From positions 35,027,583 through 35,091,014 of the forward strand of contig NC_068984.1 in NCBI RefSeq assembly GCF_001194135.2: 63,432 nt of DNA, in the 5' to 3' direction. The notes beneath the pieces are model-generated. The model did no database searches, was not told where the DNA came from, and saw nothing but the letters and a program-made list of their open reading frames with translations. The stretch is from Octopus bimaculoides. Taxonomy: Eukaryota. The position numbers and the translations under genes are program-made. This document shows, in pieces, positions 27,342-41,654 of the stretch (positions are counted from its first letter, which is position 1; every line of letters begins with the position of its first letter).

Positions 27342-27804
27342 TANNNNNNNNNNNNNNNNNNNNNNNNNNNNNNNNNNNNNNNNNNNNNNNNNNNNNNNNN
27401 NNNNNNNNNNNNNNNNNNNNNNNNNNNNNNNNNNNNNNNNNNNNNNNNNNNNNNNNNNTATATATATATATATATATGAGAGGTTTTGGTAGAGAGAAGG
27501 TCCAAAAGCAGGTAGGGATATGTAAATGCGACGGAAGGGCTGCTGTCAAACTCCTGGTTCAATAATGGTATGAGTGAGGAGTCTAAAGCGGGTCGTGAGT
27601 GAGCGTGTATATGTTAAATAAAATAAGGCCGAGGTAATGTGATAATTCTAGGACATGTATAAAGACAAAGTTGGTCGTACAGCTGTTTCAGAGAAATAGA
27701 TAATATCCCATCATCAGAAACGAGTTAAGAGAGTTGCAATAGAATGAATTATTAGAGTTCATGTTAGGTGTTAAAGTTGTTATTCCGTTATCTACATTCC
27801 TTGG

Positions 27805-28132
27805 ATAACTTTGCCTTTCATCCTTTCGGGGTCGATTAAATAAGTACCAGTTACGCAGTGGGGTCGATATAATTAACTTAATATGTGTGTCAGTCTTTGT
27901 TTGTCCCCTCTGTGTGTAGCCCCTTGTGGGCAGTAAAGAAATAAGAAACGTTAGCACGCCAGGCGAAATACTTAGTCAGTCTTTACATTCTAAGTTTAAA
28001 TTCCACCGAGGTCAACTTTGCCTTTCATCTTTTCGTGGTCGATAAATTATGTACCAGTTACGTACTGGGATAGATCTAATCGACTGGCCCCTTCTCCAAA
28101 ATTTCGGGCCTTGTGCCTAGAGTAGAAAAGTA
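27805..28132 (+). mobile_element. SINE family A head-to-tail dimer with two different 3' ends
   Basis: First unit ends TGTCCCCTCTGTGTGTAGCCCCTTGTGGGCAGTAAAGAAATAAG and runs into AAACGTTAGCACGCC of the second, which ends CCTTGTGCCTAGAGTAGAAAAG. Confidence 0.85.
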
Positions 28133-28239
28133 AAAATTGTCATACACAGACATTTATATGTGTGTGTGTGTATGAGTGTATGTGCTTGAGTGAGTGAGAA
28201 CGAGACTGATAAAGAGAGAGACAGAGACAGAGAGAGATT

Positions 28240-28409
28240 GCATTGTGATAGGGTGTCACACGCAGGATCGTGAGATCGTGGTTTCAAAACGTAGACTGGC
28301 TAGTGTTTGTGTTCTTGAGCTAAACACTCCATCTCATGTTGCTCTGCTATCACTTGGACAGCTGGTGCGTAGTATACCGCGCACCTGTTCAGGTAACATC
28401 GATTTCATT

Positions 28410-28410
<1 letters not shown>
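28240..28410 (+). mobile_element. SINE family C, diverged tRNA-like head, GA-repeat tail
   Basis: GATCGTGAGATCGTGGTTTCAA..GTGTTCTTGAGCTAAACACT..TGTTGCTC; similar to 40035-40150. Confidence 0.55.
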
Positions 28411-28442
<32 letters not shown>

Positions 28443-30354
28443 TGAGAGAGAGAGAGAGAAGGCGAGAGATTGTGTGCAACACAGATTTGTTCACTATGAA
28501 CAAATCATTTGTGCAGGTTGTTTGGCGAAAGCTGAACGCTCATACGTCGTCTTCGACTGGCGTGTACTTCATGTGTGCGTATGCGTGCGTGTGCGTATGT
28601 GTGTATGCATGTATGCGTGTGTATGTGTGTGTGTATGTATGTATCCTTATATGCATATATGTTGTCTGCAATTATTTGATGACCATCTATTTAATCATCA
28701 TGAAATTAATAAATGACTGTCATAAAACCGTAATAGGTTACATCACAAGATGAAGCTGAAAATATCAAAAGACATTTACAAATCCCACAACTGATTTATT
28801 TAACATCTGCATTACATCAAACAATTCATAATAGCCGAACTGGTCATTCGTTAACTTCTCTTGACAAAATGTTGGAATCACCTGTACATACATTCGTAAA
28901 GCGGCCTGTTGATCCCCTCTTAATTTACAAATCCTTTTCTGTTTCAATGACCTTAAAATTATCACATTGCATTAGCCCAAGGATACTACCAACGTCATCG
29001 ATTATGGGAAATTAGATTGACTGATAACTGAAGGGTCATTTTATACAATACACTTGATTAACTCAACCCCTACAAGATACGAAGACATGCCTGCTGAAAA
29101 AGGTTATATACTAAACTTTATGCTAAATAATTTTACCCCATTATATAAAGTTTAGCCATTGTTGATGGTTGTTTAACTTGCCATAGAACAATAATCGATC
29201 AATCGAGCTATATAACGAAATGTGTTCTAGCTGTGGAAATCCCTTTCATATTTTGGTGACTCTAAGGTTCTAGGATTACCTTGACTAGTGTTTCCTATAG
29301 ATTTTTAAGATATGATTTTAAGCTATTGCCTTGAAGGTATTCGACTGATATTTCTAGAAAGTCACTTGGATATCTAATATCTTCCATGTAGGAACAAATT
29401 AACTCAGGTAGTGGGACTCGAAACCAATATATATTTTCTAATGCAAAGTGTCATCGATTTAATCATCCTCGGTATTTAACTCGAGCGAACTGCAGACGTT
29501 CTTCCCAGTTAGATGTCTGCCTCTCAGACAGGGATTCATATGTTCAGGTATTTTTACCGTTAATATACTGAATAAATAATCAGAAGGTACTCAACTTGCA
29601 ACTGGTCACCTCTAACAGTAACCGGAACTTTATAACTCTTAGCCTAAACCACCATCATTGGCCAAGACAGTAACAACTTTCATTGGTTTGTTGCGTTGAT
29701 TAAACTCCTCCTCTAGGTGGGACTACAGGAGGAATCGATTTTCATTCATTTTAAAAAATTACATGACTGATTCCCATTGTCAGCTAACTCTCGTCATGGA
29801 TAGAGCAAGAATCTAATAGATCCGGGTCCATAAATGATAGATCCGTTTTGAATTAATTTTAGTATTTAATCGCATTAGCACAAGGCAGCTCGTTTGTTGA
29901 AAGACAACTGTCATTAGAATCATTGCCACAAATTAATGGTATATTTTCTCAACGCAAGATAATTAGATAAAACAAAAAAAATAAACCTGACAGCTATGCC
30001 ATAATGAATGGAAATATCTAGGTATTTCATATTGTGGTCTATTGGTCCTTCCACTTTACATCCCTAAGAAATCTGATATTAATCTCTGATAAAGGTACAG
30101 TTCCTCTTATTTGTGTATTTGGACTATTCAAATTGATTAACAACAATATTTAACTAGTACTTACCTAATCGAATTTAGAAGATAAATTCAACGTTGTCAG
30201 GCCTAAACGTAGACGATGACATTATTTTCAAAATAAAGCAACAAAGAAAAGTTGGTATCCTTGTTAGTGGAGACCAATGTTAATCGGCTCTTATTATCAT
30301 TCCGTCTAGGTGAAAACGGGGTAACATGATAAATCATTAGAATCTAAAATTTAC

Positions 30355-30625
30355 TTTTGAGTCCTGAGTTTAAGAGAAACTATCGAATATAAACGAGGTC
30401 CATTGTTTACATTATTTACATTTGACGGATATTTGTCCTCATCTTGATTGTTGTTAAAACAACCTTTCGGCTGATATACCCTCCAGCCTTCATTAGCCTG
30501 ATGAAGGCTGGAGGGTATATCAGCCGAAACGTTGTTAACAACATACAAAACGGGGAGATATCGTCAAATGTGAATAATGTAAACAATGCACATAATTGCT
30601 CATCTCTTAAATATAGAACTGTATT
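30355..30625. mobile_element. Head-to-head palindromic repeat, likely Penelope-like terminus
   Basis: 29-bp perfect arms at 30465-30493 / 30501-30529 with a 7-nt spacer; imperfect arms extend about 130 bp each side (shared CGTCAAATGTRAATAATGTAAACAATG). Confidence 0.7.
30493..30538 (+). ncRNA. Putative minimal type I hammerhead ribozyme (extra A after A9, dimer-type stem III)
   Basis: UUAGC-CUGAUGA-A-GGCUG(GAGGGUAUAU)CAGCC-GAAA-C-G-UU-GUUAA; stem I 5 bp with one GU pair, stem II 5 bp, palindromic AACGUU in place of a stem III loop. Confidence 0.55.
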
Positions 30626-30744
30626 ATAAAACGAGATGTGACCGAATTAAGAACTATTAGCTTAACAGAAATAGTCTACGTTTTTAACGTGTATGGTGAC
30701 AAACTGCACATAAATGCTATAACACATTCACGCACATGTATACC

Positions 30745-30899
30745 AGGCGGAGGAGTGACTGTGTGGTAAATATCTTGCTTACTAACCACTTCGTTCCGGG
30801 TTCAGTCCCACTGCGTGGCAAGTGTCTTCTACTATGGACTCGGGTCGACCGAAGCCTTGTGAGTGGATTTGGTAGACGGAAACTGAAAGAAGCCCGTCT

Positions 30900-30900
<1 letters not shown>
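30745..30900 (+). mobile_element. SINE family B 5' part (tRNA-derived head)
   Basis: TGTGTGGTAA..CCGGGTTCAGTCCCACTGCGTGGC..GCCTTGTGAGTGGATTTGGTAGACGGAAACTGAAAGAAGCCCGTC, then (TA)(TG)n. Confidence 0.85.
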
Positions 30901-30961
<61 letters not shown>

Positions 30962-31272
30962 NNNNNNNNNNNNNNNNNNNNNNNNNNNNNNNNNNNNNNN
31001 NNNNNNNNNNNNNNNNNNNNNNNNNNNNNNNNNNNNNNNNNNNNNNNNNNNNNNNNNNNNNNNNNNNNNNNNNNNNNNNNNNNNNNNNNNNNNNNNNNNN
31101 NNNNNNNNNNNNNNNNNNNNNNNNNNNNNNNNNNNNNNNNNNNNNNNNNNNNNNNNNNNNNNNNNNNNNNNNNNNNNNNNNNNNNNNNNNNNNNNNNNNN
31201 NNNNNNNNNNNNNNNNNNNNNNNNNNNNNNNNNNNNNNNNNNNNNNNNNNNNNNNNNNNNNNNNNNNNNNNN

Positions 31273-31316
<44 letters not shown>

Positions 31317-33354
31317 TGTATGTGTGTATGTATGTATGTGTCTAAACATATATATTCGTCTGTGTATATGTTATGTGTGCCATGCATAAATACTGCCACT
31401 AATTATTCCAGCAGGATCGAATATCTGTAGATAGTAGTCATTGCTTAATGTGTGCCCCAAGTGAAGGCCAATGAACTGCACAAGTATACTGATTTTTCTT
31501 TTAGCTAAATGAATGTTTATCACTAATGAGGATTATGGTGGAGTACATTGAGTGAAGTATGAAGCCGGTACGTTATCGATGCTCTGATTCGATGGAAAAA
31601 AAAAAGAAAATCACTTCTAAAATATGTTTCCAAGGAATGAAATCTGAGAAATATATGGTAAATTTGCACGTGAAATGTTCGAAAGAGAAAAATAAAAGTT
31701 CTTGATGCCTATGCGCCTCATTAATAAAACCCCTCTCTCTCTCTCTCACACACACACACACATACACACACATACACACACACACATGTTTATAATTGTG
31801 TCTGTGTGCGCACAGATCTATATACGTGTCTGCGCATATATGTGTATAAGTGTATATGTACATAAGTGGAACTGACGGTGTCGTTACAGAGGTATTTCTT
31901 CCGAATGTCCTCTGGATGAGTCCTAATCCTGCCAAGATGGACATTCCTTTTCACCTTTCCATAGTGATAAATAATTTACCAGACCAGGGCGGCGGATTAG
32001 CAGAATTGCACTCTTTCGTCTGAGCAGAGAGTTCACCTCAGTATAGAAAAACAGTGACACTTCTATCAGTTGCTGTGACCGAAAGATAGCAACAGTAATT
32101 TGAACATTAAGTAGGAAACCTGTTTCGTGTGTTCGATGGAAGAAAAAGTATGATATACAATACTTGTCTGTGTATATGTAATTCCTCTCAACAAATGAGA
32201 AATTAGAATAGCAGTGGTCGTGTATAACATTTTTCCCGTGCCTTCTTTTCCGAATGACCGTCGAAGCATAGATACTAACGAAAAAATTACAATCGAGTAT
32301 TGACACTGAATAATGTAGTATGAAATATATCCTCTACGTGACACTTGTTGTTGAAGTTCAAAATATTATTTTCATATCTGTTAATTGGCTCAAAATTAAA
32401 ATTTCCTGAAGGAAGTTAAGTGAATTCGTCGCAGTTAAGCCTGCTCGCCTCCATCATATCTGTTGGATAAACATGCGAGAATTATTTGGTTCTCCGCTTT
32501 AAAATCTGACAAAAGCAAGAGCACTTGTAGTCCACATCATATTCTATTTACCCGCAGCATGCACTTCGATATTCCATTCTATTTTGAAAGCATAAACTTG
32601 CCTCAAACATGCAAGGCCACGTTGATTTTGAAATTATAGCTGTCGCTTATATTCGAAGCGTATTTTGAGTGGGGGAGAGTGAAAGAATGTTAAATTGAAA
32701 AAAAAAAAAATTAAAAAAAAGGTTACAAAGTTGGAGTTCGATATCATTAAAACGTTTCTGAAGAGATAGAATAATACTCCAACTCATTGTACGGACTTAG
32801 CACTCTGACTATTGACACCTCACAGTCGCATACACCTTGTGTCCAGCAAGCATATAAATATATATTTCATATTGCATGGTGTTATTGCGTTCGTTTAATA
32901 AATAGAATTATGAATATTAGAGGAAAATTATTGGCAAAAATACTATCCGAAAAAAATAGTCTTCGACGAGGCGAAACAGCTACGCAAACAATAACACACC
33001 ACTCTAAATCACAATGTTTTTCATTGCACCACGAATCGGTGGGAAATGGTTACAATAGATCAATATCGATTGCGGTACCTGATGTGTATATCTATTCACC
33101 TCGAAAATATAAAAGGCATATGCGATCCCAGAAAAGTGTGTAGGAATTTTAGTCGCATGAAATACAAATATTCCTATATATTAATGCACACTAGTCATTG
33201 CTTGAATGGGAATATTGAGATACTTGCTCTGTGTTAACTTTATTATATACCATTTACATGTCTATGATAACTGGAAATAATTACAACTTAATATCATGTG
33301 TACATATTTTAGAAACTGTTTTAGAAGCTCCTACCCTCAACATGATCTCTCTGC

Positions 33355-33375
33355 CCTTCTCTCTCTCTCTCTCTC

Positions 33376-33443
<68 letters not shown>
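33355..33443. repeat. (CT)n microsatellite
   Basis: Directly visible. Confidence 0.95.
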
Positions 33444-33445
<2 letters not shown>

Positions 33446-34990
33446 CAAACACAAAGACATATATGAACATGTAAATAGATAAGCATATGTATGTATAGAA
33501 AAACACAATCAGATACAGTCGGTAGGTAGGGGTGAAAATATAACACAGTGTCACAGAACGACACGGTCATCACGAGAAATAACAGTATGCAACTTCCGTG
33601 ATCCGTGTGAATACGGTTTACATGACATCACTACATTCCTCTACGTTTCATTTATGTTCATACGGGAATCAAGGTTCCTGTCGAATTAATGACCCGGTAA
33701 ACATAGCAATATCATAGAATATCATCCTTTGCCCTCAATACAGAGAACTGTGTTGTATACACAAAGCAAACTTCCACACATTTCCACGCCGACTGAGAAA
33801 GCAATTACATCCTACATACCTATTCCTATACTTATTCAATTAATTTAATTTACTGCTTTTAAATTGAACGGTAAACCTAAAGATTACATGGTGCTTTTTG
33901 TCTCATCGATCACTTAAGGATTTATAGAAAAATGAACCTAAGATGATTCGAACTCAGACTGTAAGGCCAAGTAGTAACATACTAAAATATATAACGTATA
34001 ACGCTGCTCTTCGTCTTCCACTCGCCTACCACAGACGCACACATAGACGTACAAGTCTTTCACTCCTATTCTCTCTCCTTCCGTGTGTGAGGATATGTGT
34101 ATGTATAAAGATGCATTCACACACATATACACAGACATATACACACACACTTACACACACACACATACACACACACATACACACATATATATATATACAT
34201 GATATTTCATATATATATATGCACAAACATAGGCGTATGTGAACACGCGAACAAACACGCCCTCTACCACACATTCACACACACACCCGTGTATGTTGGT
34301 GGTGGGGTGGATTCAGACCGTGACTGACAAAGTAGTTATGTGTAGCCGTCATCTCATTTCTGATGTGATGGTTGTTGAGACCCAAGACAAAACTGACCAT
34401 GAGAGGCATATAATTTACGTATATTAACTATTTGCTCCATTTTTTTTTAAGACCCTAAAGCGTGAATTAAGGGTTGTTTGTTTGTAAGCGCTTGTTAGTT
34501 GATCAAATAGGAAAATCCTTTTGTCCCCACATCATTTTCATTCATCGATGTATACCGAAGGCGTTTAATTCCCTAAATACCTGTTGTCATGTTTTTTTTT
34601 TAAATTTTATTTTACTAGTGTTAGACATATGTTTGTGGGCACAAGGCAGAACCACTTTCAAAATAAATGGTTTCCCGAAATACGTTTCCCAAGCAATCAC
34701 TCTTTACTTAGCTCCTTCTTAGTAAACTTTGTTTACGATGAGAACCATGAATCAATTTATACACAAACTCAGACGCACACACGCACGCACGTAGGTAGGT
34801 ACGCGATCATACACTTCGAGAACATGCATCTTAATGAAGTCTCCAACGACCAAACTAGTTCATTTAGTATTATAGCGTATGACAAGTATTGTTTGGGAAA
34901 GAGCAAGAGAAGCACAAGACTGCACAAAATGCTTATGAAACCAGCGTACTGTCAACTAGTATTGAGAAGGTAGATAGATAGATAGATAGT

Positions 34991-35022
<32 letters not shown>

Positions 35023-36747
35023 GATACAGGTAGATAGATACATGTGTGTGTATAATCATGCACATAAAAAGAGATGAATATACAAACTAATATATATACA
35101 TCCATGTGCGTGTGTATGTGTGTATGTGTGTGAAAGAGGTGTGTATTTGAAAGTGTGTCACGTTTGTATTTACATATTTAGATTTAGAGAATAAAGATAG
35201 CTACAGAAACGCCATAACATTCTCAGAGAAAGGAAGCGAGGGTGGGGGTGAGTCAGGAGAGCTCTGAACAAAATTCCAATGATGTTTTATCAGACACCAT
35301 CGAGTACAATTATCAGTTAATGTTCCAATAAGGATTGTTGACTGTGTATAACTGTTTCATATTGCATTATGGGATATATGTTGTATGGCAATAGTGATAT
35401 CGTATTGCTAATGGGCAGGTAGTTATCTCCAACAACATTAATATAAATATATGCAAATTAAGAACAGCGCACAGGCACACACACCTATACACTCATTAAC
35501 GTACCTAAACACATACACATGCATACCTAAGTACACCTAAGCCCACACACACATATTTTTATCATTGCACAACATAATCAACTTTACCACTAGCAAAATA
35601 TACTTTTCTGTGCGGTGTAGGCGTGTATGATTTCAAATGAATTTATAGCTAATATACACACAAACACCACCACCACCGTAACCACTACCACCACACCACA
35701 CCACACACTACACACACATTCATATAAATATGTATATGATATGCAATATGCACATTTATGCAAAAATATATGTCAAGAAATTTAGAAGGTACAATGTAAA
35801 GAGGAAGGAAAACCTGTTTGTCTATTCACCTGCTGAAACACGCAGAGAGGCAAATACATACACCAGCATGCAACCCCCCCCCCACACACACACACATCCA
35901 GGTGCTCACAAATGGAGACGCAGGCATACATACCAACGTATACTTCGCTGTATCAATATTGACTTGGAATTTAATATGTAAGACGCAAATAAATTAAAAT
36001 CTTCCTCGAAATTTGATCTGAAGTAATTCAATATATTAAATATTAAGTAATTAAAAAAAATGTTCCGCATAAAATACTTCTATGTATGTTTGGTGCTGTA
36101 GGTCTTTGCCGCTATTGTATCTACTAATTGTTTAAAGATAAACTTCTTTGCTGTTTGTAGTAATTAAGCAAATACTGGAAACTCAACACTTATACAATTT
36201 TACTTGCCGGAATAAACGACCATTTTCATCAGTTATTTATTACCTATATTAAAAGAACTGAGACAAGATTTTACGAGGTTGGTTATACGATATAAATACA
36301 CACCGCCTGGCGGAATATATATAATCTCAAGTAGCCATAAAACTGGATAAATCTACTGCAAAATCGTAGCCAATTTCGCGTGAATTTTCCATACACGAAT
36401 GATTTTTCAAAGAAGCATGATAGAAAAAAGTTATACAAAAAGATGCATATTTGTTCAAAGTCATTTACGACCGAGGTCAATTTTGTGTATGCACATAGGT
36501 AAATATACACATAAAAAGATACATGAACAAATATGTACATGAATATGCTCATACAATGTCCATATATATATAAACTCATATATACATACATATATATAAA
36601 GATATATGTATATACGGACAGAGGCATAAAAGTATATATATATATATNNNNNNNNNNNNNNNNNNNNNNNNNNNNNNNNNNNNNNNNNNNNNNNNNNNNN
36701 NNNNNNNNNNNNNNNNNNNNNNNNNNNNNNNNNNNNNNNNNNNNNNN

Positions 36748-37025
36748 TTTTATGAACAGCTAGGCTACGTGGACGTAAACACACCAACACAGTGGTCGAT
36801 AGATGTTTCGAGACAGACAAAGAAAACACAAGCACACGCAAATACACACACAAAAAAAAAAACACACGGGCGTGCGACTCGTGGATACACGTTGACACAT
36901 ATGGGACTGGTTTCATTCAGTTTTTCATCTACCAAACCCACTCTCAGAGTATGGCTTGCGCCAGAGTTCAGCAAATAATTCTTGGCCAAGGTGTCTTGCA
37001 ATAGGACATTGGGAAGCAAATTTGT
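36748..37025 (-). mobile_element. Diverged SINE family B copy
   Basis: GGACGTAAACACACCAAC tail and CATCTACCAAACCCACTC..CCAAGGTGTC segment match the reverse complement of the family B copy at 30745. Confidence 0.65.
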
Positions 37026-37063
37026 TCGAAAGTAATTATTTTAAACGCCACACCTGTCTGTAG

Positions 37064-37094
<31 letters not shown>

Positions 37095-37119
37095 CACACA
37101 CACATAGTTAGATAGATAC

Positions 37120-37182
<63 letters not shown>

Positions 37183-37649
37183 CATATATTAATACGCGTT
37201 CGCGCACACACAGGCACGCAATCACAGACATACACACATATACACAAAGACACAAATATATATATATAAATATATATATATACACAGTTACATATACACA
37301 TATAGTGGTGTGTGTGAGTGAGTGTGTGCGAGCTTGTGTGTATGTGTGTGTATATAAACATGCAATTATGTTTACACACTAACATACATAAGGAGGTGTG
37401 AAGCTATGCTTTATGAAATTGTACGTATTAATATCAACAATTATTGTATTTCTCACTATTTTGCACGTAGGTGATGCTAAACATCTAGGATATTATATAT
37501 TCAGAAATCGTTTTTGTATTAATATTTCTATCAGCCATTTCTTAAGTTGAAACAACTGATTGCAGTTATCTTAATATAACAACCATCTATCTTAATTGAA
37601 ATAGTTGATGTATAACATATTTGTAAATCTATCTATCTATCTATCTATC

Positions 37650-37689
<40 letters not shown>

Positions 37690-38379
37690 TGTGCATGTGT
37701 GTGTGAGTGTGTGTATCTATATATATACATATATGTATATATACATATATAGATAGATAGATATGTATATATGTATATGTATATATATATATATACACAT
37801 NNNNNNNNNNNNNNNNNNNNNNNNNNNNNNNNNNNNNNNNNNNNNNNNNNNNNNNNNNNNNNNNNNNNNNNNNNNNNNNNNNNNNNNNNNNNNNNNNNNN
37901 NNNNNNNNNNNNNNNNNNNNNNNNNNNNNNNNNNNNNNNNNNNNNNNNNNNNNNNNNNNNNNNNNNNNNNNNNNNNNNNNNNNNNNNNNNNNNNNNNNNN
38001 NNNNNNNNNNNNNNNNNNNNNNNNNNNNNNNNNNNNNNNNNNNNNNNNNNNNNNNNNNNNNNNNNNNNNNNNNNNNNNNNNNNNNNNNNNNNNNNNNNNN
38101 NNNNNNNNNNNNNNNNNNNNNNNNNNNNNNNNNNNNNNNNNNNNNNNNNNNNNNNNNNNNNNNNNNNNNNNNNNNNNNNNNNNNNNNNNNNNNNNNNNNN
38201 NNNNNNNNNNNNNNNNNNNNNNNNNNNNNNNNNNNNNNNNNNNNNNNNNNNNNNNNNNNNNNNNNNNNNNNNNNNNNNNNNNNNNNNNNNNNNNNNNNNN
38301 NNNNNNNNNNNNNNNNNNNNNNNNNNNATATATATATATATGAATATGTATATCTATCTATCTATCTATCTATTTATAT

Positions 38380-38421
<42 letters not shown>

Positions 38422-38856
38422 GTGTTTGTGTGTGTACACATATATATACATCTAGAGATAAACTCGTAGAGAATGCATAACGTAGCATATTGGTTGGATT
38501 TGTGGGAACTCGGCTGAGAAATAGTGTGCCCTAATTTTAATCCAGTCGTCGACACTTCGCCTTGACAAAGTTAGTTCATTGCATGTTGCTCTAATACAAT
38601 CAGCTGTACATAGTTATCAGCAGCAGTTCTGGGGCGGTGTCCCAGTCATGTGCCTTGTTTTGTAACCTTTTGTTGGGTACGACATAGGATGCAGTATGAT
38701 ATGTAATACCGGGTCAGGAGAAATTAATGTTTGTGCATGTGTTTGCGAGTTTTTGTGTCATTTAATATATATATATAATATAATGTATATGATACTTTAT
38801 CAAATACACACACATTATATACACACATATATATATATATATATGTGCGTAATATA

Positions 38857-39075
38857 TACACATGGGGTACTGAAGAGTTCCTACCCAAAATTATATCGAG
38901 AAAACCCTGGTTGGAGGACCAAACCACATAGTTCTTTTGCAAGGTTTAGAAAACAGAAGGACTGCTGCAATGCGTGTGAATCTGAGATGAGCATATGTTG
39001 AATAAAATCATCGTTAAACGATCCTCCTCTATTTTCGTTTACCGTATCCCAGAAACTTTTCAGAAACCTCTCGTA
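38857..39075 (+). mobile_element. Short mariner-derived deletion derivative (MITE-like)
   Basis: Imperfect TIRs (GGGGTACTGAAGAGTTCCT versus reverse complement GAGGTTTCTGAAAAGTTTCT) ending in TA; retains a transposase C-terminal remnant VNLR*AYVE*. Confidence 0.6.
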
Positions 39076-39940
39076 TGATATATATGGGTGTATATATATA
39101 TATATATATATATNNNNNNNNNNNNNNNNNNNNNNNNNNNNNNNNNNNNNNNNNNNNNNNNNNNNNNNNNNNNNNNNNNNNNNNNNNNNNNNNNNNNNNN
39201 NNNNNNNNNNNNNNNNNNNNNNNNNNNNNNNNNNNNNNNNNNNNNNNNNNNNNNNNNNNNNNNNNNNNNNNNNNNNNNNNNNNNNNNNNNNNNNNNNNNN
39301 NNNNNNNNNNNNNNNNNNNNNNNNNNNNNNNNNNNNNNNNNNNNNNNNNNNNNNNNNNNNNNNNNNNNNNNNNNNNNNNNNNNNNNNNNNNNNNNNNNNN
39401 NNNNNNNNNNNNNNNNNNNNNNNNNNNNNNNNNNNNNNNNNNNNNNNNNNNNNNNNNNNNNNNNNNNNNNNNNNNNNNNNNNNNNNNNNNNNNNNNNNNN
39501 NNNNNNNNNNNNNNNNNNNNNNNNNNNNNNNNNNNNNNNNNNNNNNNNNNNNNNNNNNNNNNNNNNNNNNNNNNNNNNNNNNNNNNNNNNNNNNNNNNNN
39601 NNNNNNNNNNNNNNNNNNNNNNNNNNNNNNNNNNNNNNNNNNNNNNNNNNNNNNNNNNNNNNNNNNNNNNNNNNNNNNNNNNNNNNNNNNNNNNNNNNNN
39701 NNNNNNNNNNNNNNNNNNNNNNNNNNNNNNNNNNNNNNNNNNNNNNNNNNNNNNNNNNNNNNNNNNNNNNNNNNNNNNNNNNNNNNNNNNNNNNNNNNNN
39801 NNNNNNNNNNNNNNNNNNNNNNNNNNNNNNNNNNNNNNNNNNNNNNNNNNNNNNNNNNNNNNNNNNNNNNNNNNNNNNNNNNNNNNNNNNNNNNNNNNNN
39901 NNNNNNNNNNNNNNNNNNNNNNNNNNNNNNNNNNNNNNNN

Positions 39941-39994
<54 letters not shown>

Positions 39995-40034
39995 GTATGT
40001 ATGTATATAAATATATGTGTATATGAAGTTCGAT

Positions 40035-40150
40035 GTTCGTGGCTTAGTGGCTAGGTTGTTGGTCTCATCAACGTGCGATTATGGCTTCGATCTCAAGACC
40101 AGCTGATGAGTTTTCTTCAGCAAATACTTCGATATTACGTTGCTCCAAGG
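40035..40150 (+). mobile_element. SINE family C, diverged
   Basis: A-box-like GTGGCTTAGTGG, B-box-like GGCTTCGATC, then ACGTTGCTCCA. Confidence 0.55.
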
Positions 40151-40630
40151 TGGAGGGTATCTGTGCCATGGAAACCGAGAAAATGACCTCATGAGTTCAT
40201 ATGACTCGTGAAGGAACCTTTTTATACCCCATTCATACTGTAGTCTATTGCATTCTTGTTCTATTTTTGGTATTTATATATGTGTATATTTATATATATT
40301 CATTTATTAAAAATGTATGTTTATACATAATTACACAAATCACACAAACGAATAAATATATACACTCATACACAAAAATATGTGCGCGCGCGCGGGTGTA
40401 TACCTTTATATATATCTGAAAGAAATATATTGAAAAGCTAGATTAAATATATAAAGATGGGATGCTGTGTAAAAGGTGTTTATGCGACTACATGTGTTGA
40501 TGTATTTGTCTGCAAATATATGTTGTCTCTATCTGTTTTTCTGTGTCCATATATATATATATAATATATATATAATCTATCAATCTGTTTGTCTTTTTAG
40601 CTATCAATCATTTTTCTATCTATCTATCTA

Positions 40631-40667
<37 letters not shown>

Positions 40668-40734
40668 CTGTCTATCGATCTATTTATCTACCCATATACT
40701 TTCCTGTCTGTCTTTCTGTCTGTCTATCTCTCTC

Positions 40735-40782
<48 letters not shown>

Positions 40783-41623
40783 CATCTTTTTATCTATCTC
40801 ATTTTGAGGGATAGGCAGATATAAGCATTTTCACCTGATGAAGTAAATTTTGTGTGTGTGTGTGTGCGCGCGTGCGTGTGTCTCAGTGTGTGTTTGTGCG
40901 CGCGCGTAAGTGTGTGTGACTGTCTGTCCGTCTGTGCGTCCATCACTTTGTTGAATCTTGACCCTCTTTCCATTAAATTTGGTTTAAAGACTACAACTGA
41001 ACATATACACTGAATTACTCGTCTACTGTAATGTATTCTTTAAGAAAATCCCAGAGGCTTGTTTATTTCTAAGTCAAAACTTAGAAGAACAACATTTCTA
41101 TTGATTTCTCACTTTAGCACAAGAACGCACGTTATTACTGAAGGTGTGAGGTCGATCGTATCGACACTAGCACATGATATGCACCCATAAATTTCCATCA
41201 AACGTGATACTTTCATTTGCTAGACATAGCAGCCGATCTTATCTCAGTTCAAACTTCTAAAGCGAAACGTAAAATGATTTTGGATAATACAGTCAGAGAA
41301 ACTCTGTAAAGCATCGGATATTTATAGCTAGGTTAATTATAATCATACATATACACCCAAGTACTTTATTAACCGAGCTTAATCACATCAATAAGAGAAG
41401 AGTTATCAACAACAATGCTAGCGTCACGCTTAAAATGCGAAATCAAACAGGATGTTGATTTCAAGTTAGTACATAAGCATATATAATTATTTGATGCGAA
41501 GGATTTACGCAGGCAGTCACAAGATGATATGAAGAACCGGCTGTATTTACATCTATGCCTATGTAAATATGTGTGCGTGTGTGTGTGAATATATGAATAC
41601 ACACGCACACACAAACATATATA

Positions 41624-41654
<31 letters not shown>

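Noticed and set aside
29040-29760. Possible decayed coding sequence on the minus strand (EEFNQRNKPMKVVTVLANDGG)
   Set aside because: Many stops in all frames and no family motif I can name
30150-30215. TAG|GTAAGT recursive-splice-like site on the minus strand
   Set aside because: Weak pyrimidine tract; context resembles a decayed SINE A fragment; the upstream candidate exon has stops in all frames
30745-30830. tRNA gene
   Set aside because: The tRNA-like A/B boxes belong to SINE heads; no complete cloverleaf
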